Shown piece after piece: positions 1 to 8,974 of a stretch of DNA of 56,848 nt. The stretch covers positions 1 through 56,848 of the forward strand of contig JAQUPE010000004.1 in NCBI GenBank assembly GCA_028716745.1, read 5' to 3'. Within the stretch, counting starts at the first letter, position 1; each line of letters starts with the position of its first letter. This DNA comes from Minisyncoccota bacterium. GTDB taxonomy: Bacteria > Patescibacteriota > Minisyncoccia > UBA6257 > 02-FULL-45-10c. The notes under the pieces were generated by a model. The model searched no databases. It was not told where the DNA came from and worked only from the letters and a program-made list of their open reading frames with translations. A program made the position numbers and the translations under genes.

Positions 1-1011
1 GCCCTATCTGCAGGCATAGAGTCAGCTAAATTCCTCGCAGACAACGCCACCAACGACGGAGGCGCAACCACCACCAGATTCGAGATTGGAGGAGGCGGAG
101 ACTTAGTCCTCAATGGAGCTTGGACTGAGCCACCAGATCCAACTTGTTCTGACAGTACAAAAAATCAGGATGAAACAGATGTTGATTGCGGAGGAGACAT
201 CTGCGATCCATGCGCCGAAGGGCTAGCTTGTTCGGTGAATGCGGATTGCGAAACAGTTAATTGTTCCGGCGGAACATGCGGAGCGGCATTAACTGCGTGT
301 GGATCTGGAGACACAGCGAGTATGCAAGGCTATTGGAAATTAGATGAAGCGGTAGCTGGGCCAGTTGATGATGCAATGGGCTTGCATGATGGAACTAATA
401 ATAATGCGACGATAAATCAGGATGGACAAGTTGGACAGGCTTATACTTTTAACGGAACTACCGCCTATGTTGATACCGGCAATCCTTTTGAAATGACAAG
501 CGAAGTAACTATAGAGGCATGGGTGAAAATGAATAGCTGTCCGGGCACAGGCAATAATCCGCCGATCGCAGGAAAGCAAAGTCTTGATGGAAAAGGTTAC
601 ACCCTTTTTATTGATGGTTCATGCAATGTTTATATGCTTGCTTATACGACAGCAGGAGCTGGTTATGCGATGAGAAACGCCGCATTACCCATAGGTTCCT
701 GGGTTCATGTTGTGGGAACTTATAAAAATGGCGATGCATCAAATTTGTATATTAATGGAGTTAAAGACACTGATGCGCCTATCGGAGCCGGATCAGGAAC
801 AATAGTTCCAAATAGCAGGAATTTTATAATAGGCGGAAGCTCAATTAATAATCAGTGGTTCCCCGGAATAATAGACGAGGTTGCTGTATACAATACGGCC
901 TTTACCGGTCCTGCTGCCAGCTGTGCCGCAAACGATCCTGGCGGAACGATTTATGATGTTTGCAAACATTACATAAGAAGCAGCGCGGAAGACGCTTATT
1001 GTCCTTATTAA
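1..1011 (+). CDS. Cys-rich repeat + LamG (concanavalin A-like) domain surface protein, 5'-partial
   Basis: Frame 1 is open from base 1 (ALSAGIESAKF...TCSDSTKNQDETDVDCGGDICDPC...) into the 235..1011 ORF. LamG hallmarks: GYWKLDE, GQAYTFNG, TIEAWVK, WVHVVGTY, LYINGV, GIIDEVAVYN. Confidence 0.85.
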   Translation, partial: ALSAGIESAKFLADNATNDGGATTTRFEIGGGGDLVLNGAWTEPPDPTCSDSTKNQDETDVDCGGDICDPCAEGLACSVNADCETVNCSGGTCGAALTACGSGDTASMQGYWKLDEAVAGPVDDAMGLHDGTNNNATINQDGQVGQAYTFNGTTAYVDTGNPFEMTSEVTIEAWVKMNSCPGTGNNPPIAGKQSLDGKGYTLFIDGSCNVYMLAYTTAGAGYAMRNAALPIGSWVHVVGTYKNGDASNLYINGVKDTDAPIGAGSGTIVPNSRNFIIGGSSINNQWFPGIIDEVAVYNTAFTGPAASCAANDPGGTIYDVCKHYIRSSAEDAYCPY

Positions 1012-1030
1012 ATAAATTAAAATAATCAAG

Positions 1031-1058
1031 AAAACACTACTATATATAGTGTTTTTTT
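1031..1058 (+). terminator. Putative intrinsic terminator
   Basis: AAAACACTA-ctatata-TAGTGTTTT followed by a T run, after the stop at 1011. Confidence 0.5.
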
Positions 1059-1083
1059 GTTAATATAAGTACAATTTAACTCT

Positions 1084-2877
1084 ATGAAAAATATCCGCAA
1101 TTTTTGCATTATTGCTCACGTTGATCACGGAAAATCCACTTTAGCGGACAGGCTTTTGGAAATTACCGGAACTGTGGAAAAGAGAAGAATGAAGGAGCAA
1201 TATTTGGATCAATTGGAGCTGGAAAGAGAGCGTGGAATAACCATTAAAATGACGCCGGTCAGGATGAAATATTCTTATGGCGGAGAGGATTATGTTCTTA
1301 ATTTAATAGACACTCCAGGGCATAGCGATTTTCAATACGAAGTTTCCCGTGCTTTAGAGGCGGTGGAAGGAGCGATTCTTTTGGTGGATGCGACGCAGGG
1401 AATTCAGGCGCAGACGCTGGCAAATTTTCACAATGCGAAAAAAGCCGGCCTGAAAATAATCGGCGCGGTCAATAAAATTGATTTAAATATTTCAGGCATA
1501 GAAGAAATTATAAAAAGCACAGCAGATTTAATCGGAGTTTCTGAAAATGAAATTTTTAAAGTTTCCGGAAAAAGCGGAATTGGCGTAAAAGAACTATTGG
1601 AAGCGGTTATCAAGCAGGTTCCTCATCCGGCCAGCGGTCCGAACGAAAAAGTATTTCAGGCTTTAGTTTTTGATTCTTTTTATCATGAGCATAAAGGAAT
1701 AGTTGCGGAGGTCAGAGTATTCGGCGGAGAAGTTGAAGAATATGAAGAGGCGGTTTTTATCGCTTCGGGTGCTAAATTCAAAATAAAAGAACTTGGACAT
1801 TTTTCTCCCGAACTGAAAGTTGATAAAACTTTAGGAAACGGACAGATTGGATATATTGCTACCGGTTTAAAAAATCCTGAAGTTTTGAAAATAGGCGACA
1901 CGATTGCGTCTGTAAAAGATTTTGATAAAAATCTTGCCTTGCCGGGATACAAAGACGCTCAGCCGGTGGTTTTCGTTTCTTTTTATCCGGAAGAAGCCGA
2001 TGATTATGAAACGTTGAAAAGCGCTATGGAAAAATTGAGGCTTAACGATTGGGCGCTGAAATTTGAACCGGATACAAATGAATTTTTGGGCAGGGGCGTG
2101 AAGGCTGGATTTTTGGGCAGGCTCCATTTCGAAATTACCGCCGAGCGCTTGGAAAAAGAATTCAATATCCGAACGGTTCACAGCTTCCCGTCGGTTTCTT
2201 ATAAAGTGAAGAAGAGAAATGGAGATTGGGTTATGATTACCAATCCGAAAGATTTCCCCGATGATTATCTGGAGGCGATGGAGCCGATTGCTCAGGCGGA
2301 GATTTTGGTGCCGTCGCAGTATCTGGGCGCGGTTATGAGCCTTCAAAATACTTTTTATCTGAGAGATTTAACAACGCAGAGCATCGGCAAGACAGTTCTT
2401 ATCTCTGCATCTTTGCCGCTGGCGGACTTAATAAGAGATTTTGACGACAGATTGAAGTCAATTTCTGCAGGCTATGCGTCTTTAAGCTACGAAATTTCCG
2501 GTTTCAAAAAGGCCGAAGTTTCCAAGCTGGGAGTTTTGGTTGCCGAGCATGATGTCGGCGGATTAACTAGGATTGTTCATAGAGAAGATGTGGAACACGA
2601 AGCGAGGAAAACAGTTGAAAGGCTGAAAGACTTATTGCCTAAACAGCAATTTACTCAGGCTATTCAGGCGGTTAGCGGCGGAAGAATTATCGCCAGAGAA
2701 ACGATTCCGGCGATGAAAAAATTGCTCGGTAATTTTGGAAAAACCGGCGGCGATGTAACCAGGAAAATGAAGCTTTGGAAAAAACAGAAGAGAGGCAAGG
2801 AAAGGCTTGAAGAAAGAGGCATTAAGACAAAAATTGATATTCCGGCCAGGGTTTTCAAAGAGCTTCTCAAGAAGTAA
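1084..2877 (+). CDS. lepA: Elongation factor 4 (LepA)
   Basis: NIRNFCIIAHVDHGKSTLADR, ERERGITIK, LNLIDTPGH, NKID, GFLGRLH, LepA-type C-terminus. Confidence 0.97.
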   Translation: MKNIRNFCIIAHVDHGKSTLADRLLEITGTVEKRRMKEQYLDQLELERERGITIKMTPVRMKYSYGGEDYVLNLIDTPGHSDFQYEVSRALEAVEGAILLVDATQGIQAQTLANFHNAKKAGLKIIGAVNKIDLNISGIEEIIKSTADLIGVSENEIFKVSGKSGIGVKELLEAVIKQVPHPASGPNEKVFQALVFDSFYHEHKGIVAEVRVFGGEVEEYEEAVFIASGAKFKIKELGHFSPELKVDKTLGNGQIGYIATGLKNPEVLKIGDTIASVKDFDKNLALPGYKDAQPVVFVSFYPEEADDYETLKSAMEKLRLNDWALKFEPDTNEFLGRGVKAGFLGRLHFEITAERLEKEFNIRTVHSFPSVSYKVKKRNGDWVMITNPKDFPDDYLEAMEPIAQAEILVPSQYLGAVMSLQNTFYLRDLTTQSIGKTVLISASLPLADLIRDFDDRLKSISAGYASLSYEISGFKKAEVSKLGVLVAEHDVGGLTRIVHREDVEHEARKTVERLKDLLPKQQFTQAIQAVSGGRIIARETIPAMKKLLGNFGKTGGDVTRKMKLWKKQKRGKERLEERGIKTKIDIPARVFKELLKK

Positions 2878-2886
2878 TATATAGAA

Positions 2887-3168
2887 ATGAGAACAGTGGG
2901 AATAATAATTTCAATGTTGATAATAGGAGTGGTCAGCACTCAGATTTTCAGGCTTTATACTCAAAATATTGATTTGAAAAAGACTGCCGATAAATTAGGG
3001 ACTGACATAGAAAATATATCAAAAGAAAATCAGCAGTTATTATCCGATTTGAATTATTTTAACAATACGGAAAATTTGGAAAAGGAATTAAGGGAAAAAT
3101 TAAATCTTAAAAACCCGGGCGAACAGCTTTTAATAATTGTTCCGTCTAAGGCAACATCCACTCAATAA
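2887..3168 (+). CDS. Septum formation initiator (FtsL/DivIC-like) bitopic coiled-coil protein
   Basis: N-terminal TM, coiled coil, C-terminal EKELREKLNLKNPGE.LLII typical of DivIC/FtsB. Confidence 0.6.
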   Translation: MRTVGIIISMLIIGVVSTQIFRLYTQNIDLKKTADKLGTDIENISKENQQLLSDLNYFNNTENLEKELREKLNLKNPGEQLLIIVPSKATSTQ

Positions 3169-3170
3169 TT

Positions 3171-3749
3171 ATGAAATACCTTATTTCTATAGCGGTTTTT
3201 TTAACGATGATGGCGGCCGGAGTAGGCCTTTATTTTTTCATTTACCAGGGTTATTATCCCGTGGCGGCTATTGGAACTAATTTAATAAGCGCTAAAGATT
3301 TTAATAAAAATTATCTGGCCTCCGTAAATTATAGCCGCGCCGTTTTGTCCGCTTACGGCAAGGATCTTAAGGATTTTGACGGAGAGGCGTCTATTAAAGA
3401 AATAAAGAAGGGAGTTTTGAGCAAATTGATAGAAAATGAATTGATCTATGCCGAAGCTGACAAGCAAATAGGAAAAGATTTGAATCGGCTGGCAGTTGAA
3501 AGAATAGATAAGCTTCTTGCTTCTTCCAGCATAGATGAAGCTGTTACAGAAAAGATTTACGGGCTAAAAATGGATGATTTTATGGAGGTAGTTATGTATC
3601 CGGAGGCATACAGGGAAATATTGGAAGAAAAATTTGTATCCGACGGTAAAAATTTTGACGAATGGTTTTCCGGAATAAAAGAGAAGGCCAAGATATTTGT
3701 TCTGATGAGCGGTTTTTCCTGGAAAAATGGAGAGATTGTTCTTAAATAG
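3171..3749 (+). CDS. SurA N-terminal-like membrane-anchored chaperone domain protein
   Basis: N-terminal TM; VLSKLIENELIYAEA helix pattern of SurA_N/PrsA; no PPIase motif seen. Confidence 0.55.
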   Translation: MKYLISIAVFLTMMAAGVGLYFFIYQGYYPVAAIGTNLISAKDFNKNYLASVNYSRAVLSAYGKDLKDFDGEASIKEIKKGVLSKLIENELIYAEADKQIGKDLNRLAVERIDKLLASSSIDEAVTEKIYGLKMDDFMEVVMYPEAYREILEEKFVSDGKNFDEWFSGIKEKAKIFVLMSGFSWKNGEIVLK

Positions 3750-3753
3750 TTTT

Positions 3754-3824
3754 GCGGGTATCGTATAGTGGTAGTACGCAACCTTCCCAAGGTTGAGACA
3801 CGAGTCCGATTCTCGTTACCCGCT
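3754..3824 (+). tRNA. tRNA-Gly(CCC)
   Basis: GCGGGTA/TACCCGC acceptor stem; anticodon arm CAACC-TTCCCAA-GGTTG; T arm ACGAG-TCCGATT-CTCGT; no encoded CCA. Confidence 0.93.
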
Positions 3825-3825
3825 C

Positions 3826-3897
3826 GCCGGAGTAGCTCAGTGGTAGAGCAGTCCCTTCGTAAGGGAAAGGTCGGGGGTTCAAATCCCTTCTCCGGCT
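3826..3897 (+). tRNA. tRNA-Thr(CGT)
   Basis: GCCGGAG/CTCCGGC acceptor; anticodon loop TTCGTAA; T loop TTCAAAT; 1 nt after tRNA-Gly. Confidence 0.93.
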
Positions 3898-3899
3898 CA

Positions 3900-3992
3900 A
3901 TGAAGAAATCAAAGATTATAGTTTTCGTTTTGATTATATTAATTTCCGTTTTTTATTTGGTGATTTTAAAATATATAACAGGGCTTCATTAA
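3900..3992 (+). CDS. Possible 30-aa single-TM peptide (MKKSKIIVFVLIILISVFYLVILKYITGLH)
   Basis: In-frame ATG inside the 3768..3992 ORF call, just after tRNA-Thr; basic N-terminus plus hydrophobic stretch; stop 2 nt before prfB. Confidence 0.4.
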   Translation: MKKSKIIVFVLIILISVFYLVILKYITGLH

Positions 3993-3994
3993 TT

Positions 3995-4723
3995 ATGTTC
4001 AAATCTTTAACCGGAAAATATGACAAGGAGTCTGCGCATTTGAGTATTTATCCCGGCGTGGGCGGGGAAGATGCCAAGGATTGGGCGCGGATGCTTTTTG
4101 AAATGTATATAAAATATTCCTCCAAGCGTGGATGGAAAGTTTCTGTTGTTGATAATTTAGCGATGGAAATTCGGGGTGAATATGCTTATGGAATTTTAAA
4201 AAAAGAAGCAGGCGTTCATCGCTTGGTTAGGATTTCTCCTTTTGACGCAAAGAAGTTAAGGCATACATCTTTTGCTTTGATTGAAGTTGTGCCGATTTTG
4301 CCGGATTTGGAGCATAAGAAATTTGTGATTCCGGAAAAAGATTTAAAAACAGAAACTTTCCGTTCCAGCGGTCCGGGCGGACAGAACGTCCAGAAGGTTG
4401 AATCTGCTGTAAGAATTGTTCATTTGCCTACGGGCATTACGGGCGCCAGTCAAACAGAGCGTTCTCAAATGCAGAATAAGGAAAATGCCTTAAAGATATT
4501 AAAATCAAAGCTAGTTAATTTAATGGAGGCGAACCAAAAGAAGGAATTATCGGAATTGCGGGTAAAAGTTAAGCCGGAATGGGGAAGCCAGATCCGTTCT
4601 TATGTTTTGCATCCGTATAAAATGGTAAAAGATCATCGCACTAAGGCTGAAAGCAGCCAGCCGGACAAAGTTTTGGGGGGAGATCTTGATAAGTTTATTG
4701 AAGCGGAGCTGGAATTGAGTTAA
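3995..4723 (+). CDS. prfB: Peptide chain release factor 2, lacking N-terminal domain 1
   Basis: SPF tripeptide (RISPFDA), GGQ (SGPGGQNV), WGSQIRSYVLHPYKMVKDHRT; only 242 aa. Confidence 0.9.
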   Translation: MFKSLTGKYDKESAHLSIYPGVGGEDAKDWARMLFEMYIKYSSKRGWKVSVVDNLAMEIRGEYAYGILKKEAGVHRLVRISPFDAKKLRHTSFALIEVVPILPDLEHKKFVIPEKDLKTETFRSSGPGGQNVQKVESAVRIVHLPTGITGASQTERSQMQNKENALKILKSKLVNLMEANQKKELSELRVKVKPEWGSQIRSYVLHPYKMVKDHRTKAESSQPDKVLGGDLDKFIEAELELS

Positions 4724-4763
4724 TATAGTGTTACGAGGCGGAAAAATCCGCACGTTGTTAAAA

Positions 4764-5447
4764 ATGATTGTATTTCAAAATGTAAGCAAAGTTTATAATG
4801 GCGGTTCAGTAGCCCTGGAAAACACCAGTTTTGAGATAAAGGCGGGAGAATTTGTTTGTCTGGTGGGAAAGAACGGCGCCGGAAAATCAACGATTGTTAA
4901 GCTGTTGATTGGAGAGGAAAAGCCTACCAAGGGCCGTATTTTTTTCGGTCCGACCGAAGTTAATAAGTTGAGCTATCACGAATTGCCGGCATTAAGAAGG
5001 CAGATAGGAATTGTTTTTCAGGATTTCCGTTTGTTGCCGATGAAAAATGCCTATGAAAATATTGCTTACGCCTTGGAGGTAGAGGGCAGGCCCCAGGCGG
5101 AAATAGAAGAATTCGTGCCTCAGGTTTTGGACATGGTTGGCTTGGCCAATAGAGCTTATAATTTTCCGCATGAGCTTTCCGGCGGCGAGAAACAGAGAGT
5201 AGCGATAGCTCGCGCTTTGATTCATAGGCCGGCGGTTTTGGTGGCGGACGAACCTACGGGAAACCTAGATCCTATAAATTCATCGGAAATTATAAAGCTT
5301 ATAGAAAAAATTAATGAAAGGGGTACCACCGTGATCTTGGTAACTCACAATAAAGAAGTTGTTAACGGCTTGCATAAAAGAGTTGTTAGTATGGATAGTG
5401 GTAAAATTATAAGAGACGAAGAAGACGGAAAATATACATTGGAATAA
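4764..5447 (+). CDS. ftsE: Cell division ATP-binding protein FtsE
   Basis: Walker A GKNGAGKS, LSGGEKQRVAIARA, ADEPTGNLD; start moved to ATG 4764 (MIVFQNVSK); followed by ftsX. Confidence 0.93.
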   Translation: MIVFQNVSKVYNGGSVALENTSFEIKAGEFVCLVGKNGAGKSTIVKLLIGEEKPTKGRIFFGPTEVNKLSYHELPALRRQIGIVFQDFRLLPMKNAYENIAYALEVEGRPQAEIEEFVPQVLDMVGLANRAYNFPHELSGGEKQRVAIARALIHRPAVLVADEPTGNLDPINSSEIIKLIEKINERGTTVILVTHNKEVVNGLHKRVVSMDSGKIIRDEEDGKYTLE

Positions 5448-5454
5448 ATAATTT

Positions 5455-6363
5455 ATGGCTACTACTTTATATAGAATAATTAAATATGGCCTGCAGGGCT
5501 TTTGGAGAAATGGCTGGATTTCATTTGGAGCGACTGCCGTAATGGTTTTGGTTCTTTTTATTTTTGCTGGTCTTATTGTTTTTGGAGTATTCAGCGAGCA
5601 GGCCATTAATTCGTTGGCTGATAAAATTGATATTAGCGTTTATTTTAAAACAACCGCTCCCGAAGACGAAATTTTAAAAATGAAAAGATCTTTGGAAAAT
5701 TTGGCTGAAGTAAAAAGCGCTGATTATGTTTCCCGCGAACAAGCTTTAGAAATCTTTAAAGAAAGGCATAAGGACGACCCGACAATTACCGAGGCCGTTG
5801 CGATTTTGGAGGGCAATCCTCTTTCGGCTTCGTTGAATATAAAAGCAAAAAATCCCAAAGATTATCCGATTATCGCTACTTATTTAAATACGCAAAGTCT
5901 AAATGGATTAGTAGAACAGGTTACTTATAATCAAAATCAATTAGTAATTAAAAGATTAACTGCGATGGTGGACACCGCCGAAAGAGGAGGCGTTGCCTTG
6001 ATAGTTATCCTATCAATAGTGGCAATTTTAGTGGTTTTGAACACTATTATGCTTTCAATTCACTCTACCCATGAAGAAATAAGCATAATGAGGCTAGTTG
6101 GAGCGTCCAATATATTTATCCGAGGGCCTTATATAGTTCAGGGAATACTCTATGGATTTGCCGCGGCGGTTTTAAGCCTGATTTTAATTGCTCCGCTTTT
6201 GTCCGTGGCATCCCCTTATGTAAAGATTTTAATACCGGAGGTAGAAATTACATCCTATTTTTATAGCAATTTATTTGTCTTATTCGGATATCAGCTTATC
6301 TTCGGAATCGGACTCGGCGCTATTTCCAGCTATATTGCCGTTAGGAGATATTTAAGAGTTTAA
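5455..6363 (+). CDS. ftsX: Cell division permease FtsX
   Basis: Four TM segments, EEISIMRLVGASNIFIRGPY FtsX motif. Confidence 0.93.
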   Translation: MATTLYRIIKYGLQGFWRNGWISFGATAVMVLVLFIFAGLIVFGVFSEQAINSLADKIDISVYFKTTAPEDEILKMKRSLENLAEVKSADYVSREQALEIFKERHKDDPTITEAVAILEGNPLSASLNIKAKNPKDYPIIATYLNTQSLNGLVEQVTYNQNQLVIKRLTAMVDTAERGGVALIVILSIVAILVVLNTIMLSIHSTHEEISIMRLVGASNIFIRGPYIVQGILYGFAAAVLSLILIAPLLSVASPYVKILIPEVEITSYFYSNLFVLFGYQLIFGIGLGAISSYIAVRRYLRV

Positions 6364-6364
6364 G

Positions 6365-8002
6365 TTATTTTTCCAAGCCCCGATTTATTTCTTCAATAGC
6401 CGATAGAATTTCTTTATTGTCCGGATAAATTGTCCGGATTTTTTCTAAATAAATCAAAGCGTTTTTATAATCTTTGTTTTTTAAATAAATATTTATCAGG
6501 TTGAAATAAGGATAAACAAAATTTTGATTTAAATTTATTGCGGATTTATAATTTTCTTCCGCAAGATTATCTTTGCCCATCGTCAAGTACAGGTTTCCAA
6601 GGTTGTGATATGCCACATAGCCGGAAGGATTTAGCGCAATTGCTTTTTTATAGGTTCGTTCCGCATCTTCATATTTTTTATTTTCTGCATAAACCATGCC
6701 TAGGTTGTTTGTAACCCTATAGCTGGTTGGAGAATATTTCAAAATTTGATTATAAAAAACAATCGGATCGCGCCAATCCTTATTTCTATTGATTGTCAGC
6801 ACGGAAAGAAAGGCTATAAAAATAGAAAGCCAAACTAAGACTATTTTTTGAATGCCAAATTTTTCGGCGGCAATTTTTCCGAGCCAAATAAAGATTAAAA
6901 ATATTCCAATTAGCGAATGATACAGCCAATGCTCGTAAAGAAGGCCATTGATAGGAATTAAAATGTTTGATGTCGGCGCCAGTCCGATGAAAAACCAAAA
7001 AATTCCAAAGCTTAAAATCGGATGACGTTTAATTTGGGTTATTGCCAGTATAATAAGGCCGATAAAAATTGTTCCGCCGAAAATTACTTGTAAGGAAAAT
7101 GGCGAAGTTGCCAGCTCGATACTTCTTTCCATATGAAGGCCGATTGGCCAGAAAAGAAGTCCGAAATAAACGGTTAAAATCTTGAAAAAGGTCAGTAGGC
7201 GAACGCCCATATTTGTGGCAAATAAGCCGCCGTCTCTGTAAAAATTAAAAGTATTTATGAAGTTAAGGGCGGTGGCGCGGAGTAAGACATAGGCGCCTGC
7301 CAGGATTATAAACGGCCAAATAATTTTTAATATTTTTTTAAGCCTTTCTTTTATAGATAGCTTTTGGTCCAGGAAAATAAGGTCAATTATGAATAAAAAG
7401 GCCGGCAGCATAAATCCTATTTCCTTGGCCATTATGGCAAGAATAAACATTAAAATTGTCAGAAAGTAGGGAATGCTTTTTATTGCAGAAGCGCCGGAAT
7501 CGCGGAATTTCAGATAGAATATTATCCCTAAAAACATGAAAAATACCGCCAGTGGATCAACTAGTCCGGCAGCATAAGTTACGGCTTCGGTTTGAAGGGG
7601 GTGGATTAAAAATATCAGCGAGGGCAAAATAGACAGCCAAAAGCTTTTAACTAGCCGAGAAAGTATAAAAAATATAAGGATGGCATTGGCAACGTGAAAA
7701 AGCGTATTGACTATATGATATCCGGGCGCCCAATTTCCCCAAAGATGCCATTCCAGCGAAAAAGCCATCAGCGACATAGGCCGCCAATAGTTGCTCATGA
7801 GTCCGGCGCCGGCAATGATATTCTCTGAAAAATAATTAGGTATATATTTCCAGTCTTTTATGTACTGATTATTTAAAATGTAGTCGTTGTCATCCCAAAA
7901 CATCTTATTCTGGAAAGAGTTGGAATACAGAACAATGCCGATAAAAATTAGCATTAAGACGGCGAGATATTCTCGGGAGAAATTTTTCAAGACAAATTTC
8001 AT
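6365..8002 (-). CDS. TMTC-like GT-C glycosyltransferase with C-terminal TPRs
   Basis: FWDDNDYILNN, YWRPMS, GYHIVNTLFH, IHPLQTEAV motifs; many TMs; TPRs (NNLGMVY, HNLGNLY). Confidence 0.8.
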   Translation of the reverse strand: MKFVLKNFSREYLAVLMLIFIGIVLYSNSFQNKMFWDDNDYILNNQYIKDWKYIPNYFSENIIAGAGLMSNYWRPMSLMAFSLEWHLWGNWAPGYHIVNTLFHVANAILIFFILSRLVKSFWLSILPSLIFLIHPLQTEAVTYAAGLVDPLAVFFMFLGIIFYLKFRDSGASAIKSIPYFLTILMFILAIMAKEIGFMLPAFLFIIDLIFLDQKLSIKERLKKILKIIWPFIILAGAYVLLRATALNFINTFNFYRDGGLFATNMGVRLLTFFKILTVYFGLLFWPIGLHMERSIELATSPFSLQVIFGGTIFIGLIILAITQIKRHPILSFGIFWFFIGLAPTSNILIPINGLLYEHWLYHSLIGIFLIFIWLGKIAAEKFGIQKIVLVWLSIFIAFLSVLTINRNKDWRDPIVFYNQILKYSPTSYRVTNNLGMVYAENKKYEDAERTYKKAIALNPSGYVAYHNLGNLYLTMGKDNLAEENYKSAINLNQNFVYPYFNLINIYLKNKDYKNALIYLEKIRTIYPDNKEILSAIEEINRGLEK

Positions 8003-8641
8003 TTATTTTTTAATTTCTTTTCTATAAGAAAAATAGGAATGAACTAATAAATAAAGAGTGGATGAAATAACGGAAATTATTACAACCCAGAAAGAATATT
8101 TTGGAACTAAAAGGCTGGATAAGGAAATGATTGCAACGAGACGAAATAATTTTCCTCCTAAGGCGTGGGTTACTCTCCAGACATTTTCGTTGCTTAGCGT
8201 CCACGGAGTTCGGATGCCTATGGACCAGTTTGGTTCTGCTTTCTCAACCAGGGTTCCTATCATATAAAACAGAGCGGCGAATGCCGGAACAATAAAGGCA
8301 GTGAAATTAAATCTTATATCAAGATTCCAGAGTATGGTAAGAATAAATATATAGAAAAAAAAGGCGAAAATAGTCGCTATAAAATTATCAAAATTTCCCC
8401 GGAATTTTTTAATATTTTCTGCTTTTGGATCCAGCTCGGGAATTATCAGGAATAGTAGATACATAAATACGGAAAGAAGAGGCATTAAAAACATTCCCCA
8501 AAACTTGGACATATATCCGTTTACTTGTCCTTGGGTGTTCCAATGAGAGGCGACTTGATCGGGCATTTGCGGATAAAAGTAGATTCCGACCGCAAAAGAC
8601 GCAACGATTATTAATAACGGAACAATTTTTATTATTTTCAT
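8003..8641 (-). CDS. SdpI/DUF1648 family membrane immunity protein
   Basis: VASHWNTQGQVNGY (DUF1648) and PNWSIGIRTPWTLSNENVWRVTH (SdpI). Confidence 0.88.
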   Translation of the reverse strand: MKIIKIVPLLIIVASFAVGIYFYPQMPDQVASHWNTQGQVNGYMSKFWGMFLMPLLSVFMYLLFLIIPELDPKAENIKKFRGNFDNFIATIFAFFFYIFILTILWNLDIRFNFTAFIVPAFAALFYMIGTLVEKAEPNWSIGIRTPWTLSNENVWRVTHALGGKLFRLVAIISLSSLLVPKYSFWVVIISVISSTLYLLVHSYFSYRKEIKK

Positions 8642-8712
8642 ACCGGGTAGTAGAAATTCGATTAATTACGTTTATTTGCCGTGCAGCAATTGAATTTTCA
8701 CTACCCGGCATA
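8639..8712 (-). repeat. TATG-flanked inverted-repeat element, copy 1 (66-bp core 8643-8708)
   Basis: Minus strand TATG-CCGGGTAGT GAAAATTCAATT gctgcacggcaaataaacgtaatt AATCGAATTTCT ACTACCCGG-TATG; the right-hand ATG is the SdpI start codon. Confidence 0.9.
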
Positions 8713-8717
8713 GCTTC

Positions 8718-8746
8718 ATTATATGAAAAAAGACCGAAAATAACAA
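8718..8746 (-). promoter_or_regulatory. sigma70 promoter, leaderless geometry
   Basis: TTGTTA-17 bp-TATAAT, 6 nt before the upstream ATG of the TATG duplication. Confidence 0.6.
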
Positions 8747-8796
8747 AGGGATTTACGGCTGGAAATTTTAGTAAAACAGCTTTATTATATAGAAAT

Positions 8797-8867
8797 TGCC
8801 AGGTCATCTAATGGTAGGATAGCGGACTCTGAATCCGCTCATCTTGGTTCGAGTCCAAGCCTGGCAG
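8797..8867 (+). tRNA. tRNA-Gln(CTG)
   Basis: TGCCAGG/CCTGGCA acceptor; GCGGA-CTCTGAA-TCCGC; CTTGG-TTCGAGT-CCAAG. Confidence 0.95.
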
Positions 8868-8945
8868 CCGCGAAAAGCGGCTTCGCCGCCTCGCGGCAAG
8901 CCGATTAAGCGAGTCCCGCGATGAGCGAAGCGAATTTTGCGGGAC
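8868..8945. other. GC-rich multi-hairpin element between tRNA-Gln and the GIY-YIG gene
   Basis: CGGCTT/AAGCCG stem enclosing GCCGC-ctc-GCGGC; GTCCCGCG...TGCGGGAC stem with a GAGCGAAGCGAA loop. Confidence 0.6.
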
Positions 8946-8974
8946 CAACTTAAACGAAGCCTAAAAATGAAAGT

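Noticed and set aside
3803-3815. tRNA-Gly T-loop TCCGATT suggesting a pseudo-tRNA
   Set aside because: It is a single substitution and all stems pair; it could be natural variation or a sequence error.
3768-3899. N-terminal part of the 74-aa ORF call
   Set aside because: It overlaps two well-formed tRNA genes.
3900-3995. Upstream prfB frame joined by a +1 frameshift
   Set aside because: No CTTTGA or internal SD is present, and the upstream ORF is a hydrophobic peptide unlike the RF2 N-terminus.
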